Assembly (NCBI RefSeq): GCF_004010195.1
Contig: NC_057719.1
Span: forward strand, 31,384,370-31,448,369
Origin: Chiloscyllium plagiosum
Taxonomy: Eukaryota
Direction of reading: 5' to 3'
Length of the DNA: 64,000 nt
Each line of letters begins with the position of its first letter. Position 1 is the first letter of the stretch. The notes under the pieces were generated by a model. That model was given only the letters and a program-made list of their open reading frames with translations, did no database searches and had not been told where the DNA came from. Made by a program: the position numbers and the translations under genes. This document shows, one piece after another, positions 1 through 10,825 of the stretch.

Positions 1-1097
1 TTTTATCTTCGCCATGGGTCCAGAGGAAGAAAATGTTGTCAATGTACCTGGTGTATAATGTTGGATGGAGATCCTGCATAGAGAAGAAGTCTTGTTCGAA
101 CCTGTGCATAAAAATGTTGGCATATTGGGGTGCAAATTTGGTCCCCATGGCTGTTCCATGTGTCTGGATGAAGAACTGGTTGTGAAAGGTGAAGACATTG
201 TGATCAAGGATAAAGCGGATGAGTTGTAGGATAGTGTTTGGAGATTGGCAGTTGTTGGTGTTGAGTACTGAGGCTGTTGCCGCGATGCCATCATTTTGGG
301 GGTGCTGGTGTAGAGTGCGGAAACGTCCATTGTGGACGAGGAATGTTCCAGTTCGACTGATCCGTGGGTGCTGAGTTTCTGTAAGAAATCAGTAGTGTCG
401 CGATAGAAGCTGGGGATCCCCTGTACAATAGGTTTCAAGATGCCTTCAACATATCCAGAGAGATTCTCACATAAGGTCCCATTGCCCGACACGATGGGAC
501 ATCCTGGTGTGCTGGCTACCTTTGGGAGGCAGTAAAAGTCACCTACACAAGAAGTACGTGGGATGAGGGCGCGTAGGGAACTCTGAAGGACTGGATCCAA
601 AGTTCTGATCAATGTGTTTAATTCACGGGCGTGTTCTTTGGTCAGATCAGCTGGTAGTTGCCTGGAGTGTTCCTGGTTTTTCAGTTGTCGGTACACTTCC
701 TTGCAGTAATCTGTCCTATTCTGAATGACAATGGCTCCTCCTTTATCTGCTGGTTTGATGACAATGTTGTGATTGGTTTTGAGAGCCTGAATGGCGTTGC
801 ATTGTGAACAGGTGATGTTTTGCTCTACCTTGTGGGTACGGCTGATGAATCTGGCATTTATATATTTCCTGACGGTTTGAGCATATATCTCAAGCCCAGG
901 CAGCGGCTCTCCGGTGGGGTCTAAGTTGACACCTTCTTTGGTCGCTCCTCTACAGATCCCTGTGATGATTGTTCCAGTCCATCAGTGGGCTCATTGGGAT
1001 CACTACTGGCACCTTGAAAGAATTCCCAGAGTCTCAGTCGTCTGATGAACTCCTCCGTGTCTGATGCCAGAACCAATGGGTCCATTTTAGTGGTGGG
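1..1097 (-). mobile_element. Penelope-like element, reverse transcriptase region (degenerate)
   Basis: Minus-strand translation gives FTFHNQFFIQTHGTAMGTKFAPQYANIFM...LYTRYIDNIFFLW (YIDD changed to YIDN); the IVIKPADKGGAIVI motif is also present. Confidence 0.85.
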
Positions 1098-1698
1098 GCC
1101 ACTGATGAACTGGAACAATCATCACAGGGATCTGTAGAGGAGCGAACAAAGAAGGTGCCAATTTGGACCCCACTGGAGGGCCGCTGCCTGGGCTTGACAT
1201 GTATGCTCAAACCATCAGGAAATATATAAATGCCAGATTCGTCAGCCGTACCCACAAGGTAGGGCAAAACCTCACTCGTTCACAACGCAATGCCATCCAT
1301 GCTCTCAAAACCAATCACAACATTGTCATCAAACCAGCAGATAAAGGAGGAGCCATTGTCATTCAGAATAGGACAGATTACTGCAAGGAAGTGTACCAAC
1401 AATTGAACAACCAGGAACACTCCAGGTAACTACCAGCTGATCTGACCAAAGAACACGCCCATGAATTAAACATATTAATCAGAACTTTGGATCCAGTCCT
1501 TTAGAGTTCCCTGCGCGCCCTCATCCTACATACTTCTTGTGTAGGCGACTTTTACTGCCTTCCAAAGGTACACAAAGCCAACACACCAAGACGTCCCGAG
1601 GATCTCTCCGGGTATGTTGAAGGCATCTTGAAACCTATTGTATGGGGATCCCCAGCTTCTGTCATAACACTGCGGATTTCTTACAGAAACTGAGCACC
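1098..1698 (+). mobile_element. Inverted partial copy of the same Penelope-like element
   Basis: Reverse complement of ~367-989; ORF 1163-1429 contains NLTRSQRNAIHALKTNHNIVIKPADKGGAIVIQNRTDY. Confidence 0.85.
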
Positions 1699-1954
1699 TG
1701 TCCTGTCATTACTAGCGTACTTGATTTAATTGATTGTGTGCAATTCACACTTTATTGCAGTAATATTTCATTTTCTAAAAAAAAACCATGACCCCAGAAT
1801 ATTAAGGACTCTGCGGTACCAGCCTCCTCCCTTATTTCCCACAACATGTACAAGATGGGTGGGAAAACCTATCATCTGTTTCGTGAGGCAAATTAATCTC
1901 CTGTAGTTGAGGTATTTTCCCCAAACCTCTCTAAGTGTTGTGTGTTAGTCAGGA

Positions 1955-2063
1955 GTAAAAACATAGGAATGGGTTTAGGTGGGTTTCTCTTCGGAGGGAC
2001 GGTGTGGACTTGTTGGGCCGAAGGGCCTGTTTCCACGCTGTAGAGAATCTAATCTAATCTAAT
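1955..2063 (+). mobile_element. 3' tail of HE1-type SINE / CR1
   Basis: ggtgtggacttgttgggccgaagggcctgtttccac followed by an (aatct)n tail, same as the 23668 and 45880 copies. Confidence 0.7.
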
Positions 2064-2149
2064 CATCTGGTTCAGGGACATGGATATCACGACAGGACCA
2101 CTTGAGCCACTGCTCTGAAAGTGTCCATTAGGGGCAGCCTGGAACTCCC

Positions 2150-2302
2150 TCGGCTTCTGTCTTGTCTCGGGCAACGAAAGGCGGGGCCTGCGTGGTTACG
2201 TCACAGGGGTACGCCAGATTTGAATATCGGGCGGCCATTGGCGCCGAATCGCTTGCTGCAGGTCGCGCGCGTCATTTGGGTCGTTCCTGAGAAGTTTCTC
2301 GA
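2150..2302 (+). promoter_or_regulatory. FANCM CpG-rich, TATA-less promoter
   Basis: CpG-dense stretch continuing through exon 1. GC box GGCGGGG 2180-2186, CRE-like TTACGTCA 2196-2203, CHR-like TTTGAA 2219-2224, inverted CCAAT (ATTGG) 2237-2241 overlapping E2F-like TTGGCGC 2238-2244. Confidence 0.65.
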
Positions 2303-2837
2303 ATGAGCGGCGGGCGGCAGCGGACACTGTTTCAGAGCTGGGGCAACACGGCGCCCCGCTCTCAGTCCCGGTCCCAGGATGGGAGGAGCGCTGAGACCGG
2401 GCCTGCGGCAACCCCGACTCCAGGGGATGGTTTCCATGACGGGGAGGAGGATGATGATGATGTGCTGCTGGTGGCGGTGTTTGAGGCTGAGCGGTCCCTT
2501 GGCAGCCCCAGGCCGGACTCTGGGAGCCTGCAGCCAGCTTCCCTCCCCGGCTTCGACCTGTCCTCTGGCGATGTGTGGATTTACCCGAGTAATTACCCCC
2601 TCCGGCCCTACCAATTCGACATGGCCCGGGCGGCCCTCTTCCAAAACACCCTGGTGTGCCTGCCCACCGGCCTGGGCAAGACCTTCATCGCGGCCGTGGT
2701 CATGTACAACTTTTACCGCTGGTATCCCTCTGGGAAGATCGTGTTCATGGCCCCCACCAAACCCCTGGTCGCTCAGCAAATCGAAGCTTGTTACAAGGTG
2801 ATGGGTATCCCGCAGGAGCACATGACAGAGATGACAG
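2303..2837 (+). CDS. FANCM: FANCM coding exon 1 (N-terminal PIP-box, helicase Q motif and motif I)
   Basis: ATG at 2303. Translates MSGGRQRTLFQSW (PIP-box like human QRTLFQTW), then WIYPSNYPLRPYQ, NTLVCLPTGLGKTFIAAVVMYNFYRWYPSGKIVFMAPTKPLVAQQ, ending EMT-G|gtaacc (phase-1 donor at 2838). Confidence 0.97.
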
Positions 2838-3174
2838 GTAACCAGCTGATGTGGCAGGTAGTGTCTCAACTGCACCAACCTGCATTGGATTATCATAATA
2901 GCAAGAATAGTCTGGGTCAACAAATCAGTGTCAAGGTTTGATAGAAGTACTGAATTTAAACCCCAGTGACCATGGGTTAGTAGAGTAGAACTCTGATCCC
3001 CTTCTTATGTCAAATTACCAGCCATCTTAAATCACCTTTCCCTCTTTTTTTCACTTCCTTGAAAGTGTTGTTGCCTTCCAAGTGGCTGACCATCTTTCTC
3101 TCAACTTCATGTAGGAATGAATGTTTAACAGATTTCTAGCCTTGTAATAGTACTAAAAAAAACTTAACTAAGCT

Positions 3175-3672
3175 CATAGAAGTATAGAAGAGATTGGATC
3201 AGTTAGGATTATTTTCACCGGAGCTTAGAAAAAGGAGATTGTGGAATCTCTTTGAAATTTAAATTCTAACTGAATTAAATTCTAACTAAACGTAGGAAAG
3301 ATATTCCCACTGACCAGTGACACATGATTTCCTAGGTGGACAACTGTACTATTTAGCAATCAAGTGATTGCTGCTTGTCGACATTCTTGATTACTGGGTC
3401 GTCCAGAACTGGGATACAGTCTAAGGATATGAGGTAGGCCATTTAGTACTGAGTTGAAAAATTTCAGAGAATGGTGAGCCTGTGGAATTATTTGCCACAG
3501 AAAGTAGTTGAGTACAAAACATTGAATGTTTTTAAGAAGGAGGCGGATATAGTTCTTGGGGCTAAAGGGATCAAAGGGTATAGAGGTAAAAGCAGGAACA
3601 GCCATGATCATGTTGAATGGTGGAGCAAGTCAAAGAGCCAAATGGCCTACTCTTTCTCTTTTAATGTTTCTT
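3175..3672 (+). mobile_element. CR1 LINE 3' fragment
   Basis: Degenerate ORF2 C-terminus (VSLWNYLPQKVVEYKTLNVFKKE) followed by a CR1-type 3'UTR. Confidence 0.7.
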
Positions 3673-4139
3673 AACCAAACTCAGATGGACAATGTCATCT
3701 GCAACTGACAACATGGTGCATTTTCATTCTTTTATTTCTTTGTAGTAGGTGTGGTTAAACATACTATCCTGTCCTCTTGTCAACTCAGTTTTGTTGCATT
3801 CTTGTTTGATTATTACTAGAGCATTTGTAGTTTGCAAAAAAAAAACCATGAACTGGAGATGAAGATCAGTCCTAACTCTCAGCAATGCCCTCAATCTTAC
3901 ATTCGTAAATGACTTTGGATCAACTTCGTTTTTAGGAATAGATTTGAACAGTTGGCCAAAGAACTCTTGTCGTGCTCAAGTGTGGTAAGAATGACTACTG
4001 ATGACATCAAGATAATATTTGACCCACAGTAATATTGAGGAGCCCTGGTAAAATAGATGTCGATGGGAATTGGGGAATGCTCTTTAACTGCCTGAATCAA
4101 AGAGTCATGCAACCTTTGGGCCAACTTGTCAATGCTGAC

Positions 4140-4595
4140 CAAGTTTACTAAACTGAACCATTCCCATTTGCCTGCACCACTTGGTGGAAAATGTTGCCCT
4201 TCAGGTCTCTTTTAAATCTTTCCTCTCTTACCTTAAACCTATGCCCTTTCCCCCCGCCCTGGGGAAAAGACCTTGGCTGTCCACCGTCCCCCACTCCCCT
4301 ATATTTATAACCCTCTAGAAGGTCACCCTCTGCCTCCTATGCTCCAGGGATCAATGCCCCAGCCTCTCCTTACAACTTGAGCCCTCTAGTCTTGGTAACA
4401 TCCTTGTAAGTCTTTCTTGCACCCTTTTCTAGTTTAATAACATCATTCCATAAAGCAGGGTATCCAGAATTGTATGTAGTATTCTAAATATGGCCTTACC
4501 AATGTCTTGTATAGCTGTAACATGATATCCCAACTCAGTGCCCTGATCAATGAAGCCAAGTATGCAAGACACCTCTTTTACTACTGTCTACCTGT
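4140..4595 (-). mobile_element. CR1 LINE 3' fragment
   Basis: Similar to the other minus-strand CR1 3' ends in the window (e.g. 47965-48680). Confidence 0.65.
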
Positions 4596-5179
4596 AGACT
4601 GGAGTCTATACATCGCACAATGGACGGTGACTGGTTGTTGAAGGCCACTCAGCTCACCTCCAGGGCAAGGCTGCAAGCATTTCCTGTGGCCCAACTATTT
4701 TCAGCTGCTTCATCAATGACCCCTGCATTATAAGAATGGAAGTGGAGATGCTTGCTGATGATTGCAGTGTTCAATACCGTCCACACAGCTTCATTGCTAA
4801 TGTACCAGTTGATATAATATGCGGGTTGGGATTGATAAGTGATGAGTAACATTACCTGCCAATTCTATGCTACAATAGCACATTGAACAATGCATCGCAG
4901 TACAGGCCCTTCACCTCTTGATGTTACACCAATCTGTGAAGCTGATCTGTAGTCCATCTAACCTACACTTTTCCATTATCAACCATATATTTATCCAATG
5001 ACTATTTAAATGCCCTTAAAGTTGGCAAGTCGACTGCTGTTGCAAGCAGGGCATTGCATGCCTTTACTATTCGCTGAGTACTTCTGACATTTGTCCTACA
5101 TCTGTTACCCCTGAGTTCAAAGCTATGTCCCCTCGTGCTGGCTATCACCATCCGAGGAAAAAGGGTGGACAGTGAGAGC

Positions 5180-5379
5180 TGAAAATGTTTTGCTGGAAAA
5201 GCGTAGCAGGTCAGGCAACATCCAAGGAGCAGGTGAATCGACGTTTCGGGTATGAGCCCTTCTTTGGGCTCATGCCCGAAACGTCGATTCTCCTCCTTGG
5301 ATGCTGGCTGACCTGCTGCGCTTTTCCAGCAACAAGTTTTCAGCTCTGATCTCCACCATCTGCAGTCCTCACTTTCTCC
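5180..5379. mobile_element. Penelope-derived palindromic miniature element
   Basis: Near-perfect inverted repeat centred near 5262 (...gacgtttcggg..gagccc ttctt tgggctc..cccgaaacgtc...), flanked by a 14-bp direct repeat TGGACAGTGAGAGC at 5166-5179 and 5380-5393. Confidence 0.7.
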
Positions 5380-6620
5380 TGGACAGTGAGAGCCTATCTA
5401 ATCCTGTGATCATCTTATATATCTATTAAGTCACCTCTTAACTTTCTCTCTAATGAAAACAGCCTCCAGTCCCTCAGCCTTTCCTCATAAGACCTTCCCT
5501 CCATACCAAGCAGCATCCTGGTACATCTCCTCTGCACCCTTTCCAATGCTTCCATGTCCTTCCTATAACTGTATGCGGTGACCAGAACTGTATGCAATAC
5601 TTTAAGTGCAGCTGCACTAGAGTTTTGTACAGCTGCAACATGACTTCATGGCTCAAAACTCAATCCCTCTACCAATAAAAGCTAACACATGTACACCTTC
5701 TTAACAGCCCTACCAACCTGGGTGGCAACTTTCAGGGATCTGTGCACATGGACACAGAGATCTCTCTGCTCATCCACACTATCAAGAATCTTATCATTAC
5801 CTTGGTACTCTGTATTCTTGTTATTCCTTCCAAAGTGAATCACCTCGCACTTTTTACATTAAGCTCCATTTGCCACCTCTCATTCCACTCTCAAGCTTAT
5901 CAATGTCCTTCTGTAATCTTCCACACTGTCCACAACTCCACCAATTTTAGTGTAATGTGTAAATTTACTAACCCATCCTTCTACGCTCTCATCCAGGTCA
6001 TTTATAAAAAAGACATCGCAATGGCCCCAAAACAGATCCTTGCAGTATGCCACAAGTAACTGAACTCCAGGAAGAACATTTCCCATCAACCACCACACTC
6101 TGTTTTCTTTCAGCTGGCCAATTTCTGATCCAAACTGCTAAATAAACCCTTAATCCCATGCCTCTTTTCTGTAAAAGCCTACCATGGGGAACCTTATCAA
6201 ACGCTTTACTGAAATCATATACACCACATTAACCACTTTACCCTCCTCCACATGTTTGGTCACCTTCTCAAAGAACTCAGTAAGGTTTGAGAGGCACAAC
6301 CTACCCTTGTAAAACCGTGTTGACTATCCCTAATCAAATGATTCCTTTCTAGATGATTATAAATCCTATCTATTATAATCCTTACCTTCTCAAAGAACTC
6401 AGTAAGGTTTGAGAGGCACAACCTACCCTTCGTAAAACCGTGTTGACTATCCCTAATCAAATGATTCCTTTCTAGATGATTATAAATCCTATCTATTATA
6501 ATCCTTTCCAACACTTTACCCACAAATGAAGTAAGGCTCACTGATTTATAATTACCAGGTTGTCTCTACTCCCATTCTTGAAGGCAACAACATTTGCTAT
6601 CTTCCATTCTTCTAGCACAA

Positions 6621-8610
6621 CAGAGGAACCTCGATTATCCGAAGAAGATTTCAAGGTCCCGTAAATACATTACATCAGAGAGTGTCATCTTGTCCCATGT
6701 CTCTTCTTCCCCCCCCCCCCCCCCCCCCGTCGAAGCAAAACGCTCATAGTTTTACCTCTTTCATCTTTATTCTGGGCCCAGGAGGGAGAGAGAACAATCA
6801 CTCATGTACACAAGGACATGAGTTCTTGATCTTCTCTTGAACAACAGCTTCTCAATGAACTATATAGTCATTTTACAGGGAGGAGCATCTAAATAAGGCA
6901 ACATACATATTAATAAGGTGACCATTACAATCCAATGCATATTGAAAGTAGAGGCCAAGCGCTTTACTGTTATACAATAGATATTCTTAACTTTGTTAAC
7001 TGGACTCATAACTGGATACTTTTCCCCTTGTTAGCAGACCTTGCATGCTGAATTCTTTCAATATTATTAAATGGCTGTACATAATGACAGCTTGTTAATC
7101 CATTACCCTTGCCTCCAGCACCCCATTGTTAACTCTGAGTTCTTATCTGATCTGAGTCATACTCAGCTGAATCTCTTGTTTCACAAAACTCAGGACTTAA
7201 CTCTTTCCCTGCCTGCTTATACCCTATACACGTTCTCAAGTGGTGTTATCAAACTGGTGCAATGATTGCATCTTTTGTTTACAATGATTAAAATTGAATT
7301 TGGCTTACTGAAATGCAGCTGAGAACAACCCTGGATCCAGACACCGTCTCCAAATGACTGACCTCTTGCTCTCTTCAAACGAAGACAGACAGAATGCACT
7401 GAACATTCTCAAATAAAGAACACACCAGCCCATTACAAAGGCTTCTCATCTGAGTCTTTGAAATTAACAGTCCTACGCTCTCAAGAGCACTAAAAGGTAA
7501 CTGTTATCTTTCTTTCTCAGCGTTTTTCAGGAATAATTAAAAATAAAACACATCTCTGGGTCACACACATACAGAGCAGCTTTGCAGCAGTCCCCTAACT
7601 TTGCAGCTGGTAGATGTGAAAACAGGCAGCTTTCTTTGAGGAAATTGGAAGATGGGTTTTGCACAAATCTCCATCTGATTCACACAACTCTGACACATGC
7701 CTCTGAGCAGCAAACAAATGGAAAGTAAAACATCAGAGGCTGGAATTCACTCGATCGGTTTGCACTTTTCACGTTCTTGACAGCACCTTTTGCAGTCTCC
7801 AGATCTGAAGGGAGGTGAGTTTTCACATGTGCTTTTTCTTTTAACATGACACAGTGGCTCTGTCTAACCAGGAGGTCACAGCAAGCACTGGGGGGCTTTG
7901 AAGGTTTCGAGACAACACCCCGCCCCCCCCCCCCCCCCCCCGCGCCCGCCCGCCGCCAGTCCAATTTCTGTGGAGTTCTAGGCAGGGGTGTACCCTACCA
8001 TATCAAACCCCATCCCCACATAATCTCTCCAACATCGTCCTGCATGTGGCAGAGTTGGCACTTGTCAAAACGTTGCAATAAAAAGTTGTGTGTGTGCCAT
8101 TTCGAGAAACACCCCCCCCCGCCCACACACTGCCAAAAAAAGACAGCAGCACTCTTGCTGTTGGTGTCCAGTCCGGCTGCCGTCTCCATTCTGTTTCTTC
8201 ATTTTGTTCTGGAGTCCCATTGTAGAGAAGAGATAAGAGGCAGCTGCTGGCTGGAAATGTGGAGAGTTGAAAACACGGCGTTGGTGGGGGTGTGTGGTAG
8301 GGGAGTTTACTGACTCTCTGTGCTGCTGCCTAGTCTCCTGAATGGGGAGTGGACTTAACAAGTGTTTGCTCTGTCAATTCCATTGAAGTGAAGCAGCAGT
8401 GGGGAGAGGCTTCAGCAGTGCTTCAGGTCCCTTACACACAAGTGTGTATCTGCTCAGAAACAAACCCTGAGACAGACAGAGGGAGCAAGGCAAGCAGAAA
8501 GAAGAGAAAGGAAACTTCAGAAAACTCCAATCCCAGAGGAGAGGCATTGGATCAGTTATCCGAATGAAGTACTGCCCACCCATTTTGTTCGGATAATCAA
8601 GGTTCTTCTG
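6621..8610. mobile_element. Non-autonomous pogo/Tigger-like DNA transposon (~2 kb)
   Basis: TIRs CAGAGGAACCTCGATTATCCGAA (6621) and TTCGGATAATCAAGGTTCTTCTG (ends 8610). TA follows the right end; the left flank reads AA. No transposase recognised. Confidence 0.75.
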
Positions 8611-9550
8611 TATTCCTGTAGACAATGACAACATAAAGATCAAAGCCAAAGCCTCTGCAATCTCTTCCCTAGTTTACTATAGAATCCTAGGATAAATCCC
8701 ATCCGGTCCAGGGGACTCATCTATTTTCACACTTTCCGGAATTGCTAACACCAACTCCTTATGAACCTCAATCCCATCTAGTCTATTCTCCTGAATCTCA
8801 GTATTCTTCTCAACAACATTGTCTTTTTCCTGTGAAGAAAAATATGCATTTAACACCTCTCCTATCTCTTTGGACTCCATGCACAACTTCTCGCTACTCT
8901 TCTTGACAGGTTCTAATTTTACTGTAGTCATTCTTTTATTCCTAACATAGCTATAGAAAGCTTTAGGGTTTTCCTTGATCCTACCTTCTCACATCTCCTC
9001 TTGGCTCTTCTTAGCCCTCTTTCGACCCTTCCTGGCTAATTTGTAACACTCGAGCGTCCTAACTGAGCCTTCATGTCTCCTCTTTACATAAGAATTCTTC
9101 TTCCTCTTCACAAGAGATTCAACTTCGTTAGTAAACCACGGTTGCCTCGCTCGACCACTTCCTCATTGCCTGACAGGTATGTACTTATCAAGACATGCAA
9201 TGACCATGCCAACAATAAAGCAGGTAACCTCATGTCATTGAATCATCATCGGCATTCTGAGGGTGGTTATCATTGACTAGAAACTTAACTTGGCTGGTCA
9301 TATATATATTTTTTTAGTCACAAGAACCAGTTCTGCAGCATCTGATTCAGTTTTTAATTTCTCAAAATGTTTCCATCATCAACAAAATAAAAGCAAAGTA
9401 CTCAGATTCTGGAGATCTGAAATAAAAATAGTGCTTAAGAAATGCTAACAGATCTGACAACATCTGTGGAGAGAGGAACAGAATTAATGTTTCAAGACCA
9501 GTATGACACTGGAACATGTACACCACTGTATACAAGGTACAACTTGGTAG

Positions 9551-10388
9551 TGTTATGAAGTTGAAGATGTTTACTGTACCTTTGAGAGAGTGAATTTTGT
9601 TCTGAACGAAGAGATTACAAGCACCTGTGTGTATGACTACAGAGGAACCTAGATTATCTGGCATTCGATTATCCGGAATTTGATTAACAGAACAAAATAT
9701 TCCCGCCTATGTCCTTCGAATAATTGAGGTTCCTCTGTAGGTGGCAGTCAGTGTGTACTGGAAAATTAAAAATGTGTAAAATTTGGCTATGAAATGGATA
9801 CCTGAGTTTTGGTTCCTGTTTTGACAACCATTCAAATTTAGCCAATCAGTTTAAATTATGCCAGAGTACACTAAAACCCAATAGAGTTTGAATTTATTGT
9901 TTTGCCAACTTTGAAGCAATGAGACAATCTGATGGGTGTATAAAAATGCAGACATTTTGAAAATTGGGCGAGAGCAACTGCCATCGAGAGAGACTCAAGA
10001 AATTGGTTAACACTCTATCAAAGGTACCTTTACATATGAAACATTGTTCGCAGTAAAAAGAAAGACGACGAGTTGGAGATCTTTACCTGGAAGAAGAAAG
10101 ACAACGAAGATGACAGCGGCTGTGTGGTTTTGAAATTAAGTTGATGTAATTTTAATAAGTCTCTTATTGGAACAGCATTTTGTTATAGAGTTGGAGGTAG
10201 GTAAGAAGCAGTTAAGAGAAAGGGAGCTTCGACTTGTGAATTGTTTTAAAAAAAAAAAAATTGATATTAGTTTCTTTAAGTAGTGGAATTTGGAGCTTCT
10301 CTGTCACTCATATATTTTAACAGATTGAGGTGAGCTTCTCTGGGTGCTTGGTTTAATTAACAGAAGGGTTCACCACTGTGTCGTAACA
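9551..10388 (+). mobile_element. Solo LTR (Gypsy/ERV-like)
   Basis: Starts TGTTATGA and ends TCGTAACA (short terminal inverted repeat, TG...CA); 4-bp TSD GTAG on both sides; internal TATAAAA. Confidence 0.7.
9640..9737. mobile_element. 98-bp MITE nested in the solo LTR
   Basis: TA|CAGAGGAACCTAGATTAT ... ATAATTGAGGTTCCTCTG|TA; same TIR family as 6621-8610. Confidence 0.8.
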
Positions 10389-10825
10389 GTAGTGTAATGG
10401 AAAACACTCCATTTGCCTGGATGAATGCAACTGTAACGACGTAATTTTGGGACCAACCGGGGCAAAGCTACAAGGTTGATTGGCATCTATCCACCACTAC
10501 AAACATTTGTGTCCTCTGCCTGTAGTACATTGGCTTCAGTGTATACTCTCTACAAGATGCACTGAAGGAACTTGCCAGGGCTGCTTCAGCAGCATTTTCC
10601 AAATCTGCAACCTATGCCAACTGTTGCAGAATAGCAAGTACATTGAAGCATCACTTCCTGCAATTTCCCCTCTGTTCTGCTGTCCAAGAAGCATGTCCTC
10701 AAAGTGGGCTATGAAATTAGTTAGCTCATTAAGTCCCTAGTTTATCGGGTGTTCCCAGTTTTTAAAAAAATTCCAGCAGCAAAGCTTTAATGTTTTAAAG
10801 ATAAAGCAACTGTTGCTGAAGTGAG

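Larger units (their letters stand above)
4880..9200 (-). mobile_element. CR1 LINE ORF2 remnant interrupted by nested insertions
   Basis: Fragments QLYKTLVQLHLKYCIQFWSP, FINDLDESVEGWVSKF, SLTSFVGKVLERII..DSQHGF and SPGPDGIYPRIL; continuity resumes after the 6621-8610 insert. Confidence 0.85.

Noticed and set aside
1700..2300. Possible head-to-head partner gene at the FANCM promoter (FKBP3 occupies this position in human)
   Set aside because: No FKBP3-like coding sequence recognised on the minus strand; upstream DNA is SINE and Penelope sequence. A non-coding first exon cannot be excluded.
2201..2923. 240-aa minus-strand ORF and alternative-frame ORFs overlapping FANCM exon 1
   Set aside because: Shadow ORFs of a GC-rich coding exon with no recognisable domain.
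2838..2941. ORF-track extension of FANCM exon 1 (NQLMWQVV...)
   Set aside because: Read-through past the splice donor at 2838; FANCM similarity resumes at 17748.
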